A stretch of DNA of 64,000 bases from assembly GCA_004431415.1 (NCBI GenBank), contig QPMI01000026.1, positions 62,001 to 126,000 on the forward strand, written 5' to 3'. Origin of the DNA: Cyanophora paradoxa CCMP329 (taxonomy: Eukaryota > Plantae > Glaucophyta). A model generated the notes under the pieces. The model had not been told where the DNA came from. It ran no database searches and saw only the letters and a list, made by a program, of their open reading frames with translations. Below are positions 63,464 through 64,000 of the stretch, in pieces. Each line of letters begins with the position of its first letter. Positions within the stretch are counted from its first letter, which is position 1. Both the position numbers and the translations under genes were made by a program.

Positions 63464-63595
63464 CGGTCAGGCTGATCGCTGTCCTCCAGACTAACGTTAA
63501 CTTGTAAGTGATCGCGAGTCGCTCACGTGCGCGTTAGATTCCGGCTGATCTAATTCTGCTCGCCAAGGCGGCCGCGGGCAGCCTCCTCGATTGGG

Positions 63596-64000
63596 CTAAC
63601 TTGCTAGAGCTCTTGATCCAGCTCCGCCTGGCGCCCGGGCGCAGAGAGGCGCAGAGAGGCTGAATTTCAGGCTAAGAAGTCGGAGCTCATGAAAGACCCC
63701 TGCGCGGAAGAAAAAGCGGGGCTCATTCACGCAGCCGAGTCGCGCTATCGCTTCTCGCGCCGCGCTTCGAAGGGCGGGAGCAATGGAGGCGTATGCGACA
63801 GCCCGATCGCGCCGTCCTGCTCGATCTGCTTCCGCCATTGCAAATTGCGGGTTCGTGCGCGTGCGCCAGCGTCCGAAGAGGAGCTGCGGCATCGTGCCGC
63901 AAAGCTGACAAGCCCGCGGCGCTCCAGGTACCGTAAGGAACCTGCGGCTGGAAATCGGGACTGCGCCGGCGCGCTGCGGGCGGGCGGGCACGCGCCCCGG
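63596..64000 (-). CDS. 3' end of an unknown gene running off the window
   Basis: An open frame ending at 63596, with no recognisable domain. Confidence 0.25.
   Translation of the reverse strand, partial: PGRVPARPQRAGAVPISSRRFLTVPGAPRACQLCGTMPQLLFGRWRTRTNPQFAMAEADRAGRRDRAVAYASIAPALRSAAREAIARLGCVNEPRFFFRAGVFHELRLLSLKFSLSAPLCARAPGGAGSRALAS

Overview
This is GC-rich eukaryotic nuclear DNA with many short (~50-90 nt) spliceosomal introns, including GT-AG and frequent GC-AG types, so the raw ORF track mostly misses the real genes. The intron style and a plastid transit peptide starting MSAF suggest a glaucophyte such as Cyanophora (inference). All domain calls are by-eye motif recognition on hand-spliced proteins. 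Layout: (1) 1-11 kb holds one unknown multi-exon gene and a nest of DNA-transposon remnants (a non-autonomous hAT element with perfect 19-bp TIRs and a BED finger, MITE-like pieces, tandem repeats). (2) 11-28 kb is a housekeeping block: 6-phosphofructokinase with inflated introns, CenH3, plastid parvulin-rhodanese, peroxisomal dienoyl-CoA isomerase, RPS16, a duplicated H/ACA snoRNA and a TPR gene. (3) 28.4-49.8 kb is a ~21-kb island made almost entirely of ubiquitin-system genes: two inverted copies of a CBM48-like + herpes-tegument-like (VTD) deubiquitinase, a head-to-head pseudo-DUB paralogue with an intact CBM48, a UBL protein, two RBR E3 ligases and a RING-TRAF/beta-helix E3. (4) 50-57 kb holds UTP5/WDR43, a SPATA7-like gene and an unknown gene. 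(5) 57.4-63.5 kb holds a myristoylated DUF4062-NACHT-TPR (NLR-like) gene whose TPRs are each encoded by a symmetric 126-nt exon with variable surface positions. The ubiquitin island, possibly with the NLR-like gene, is the best candidate for an undescribed system.
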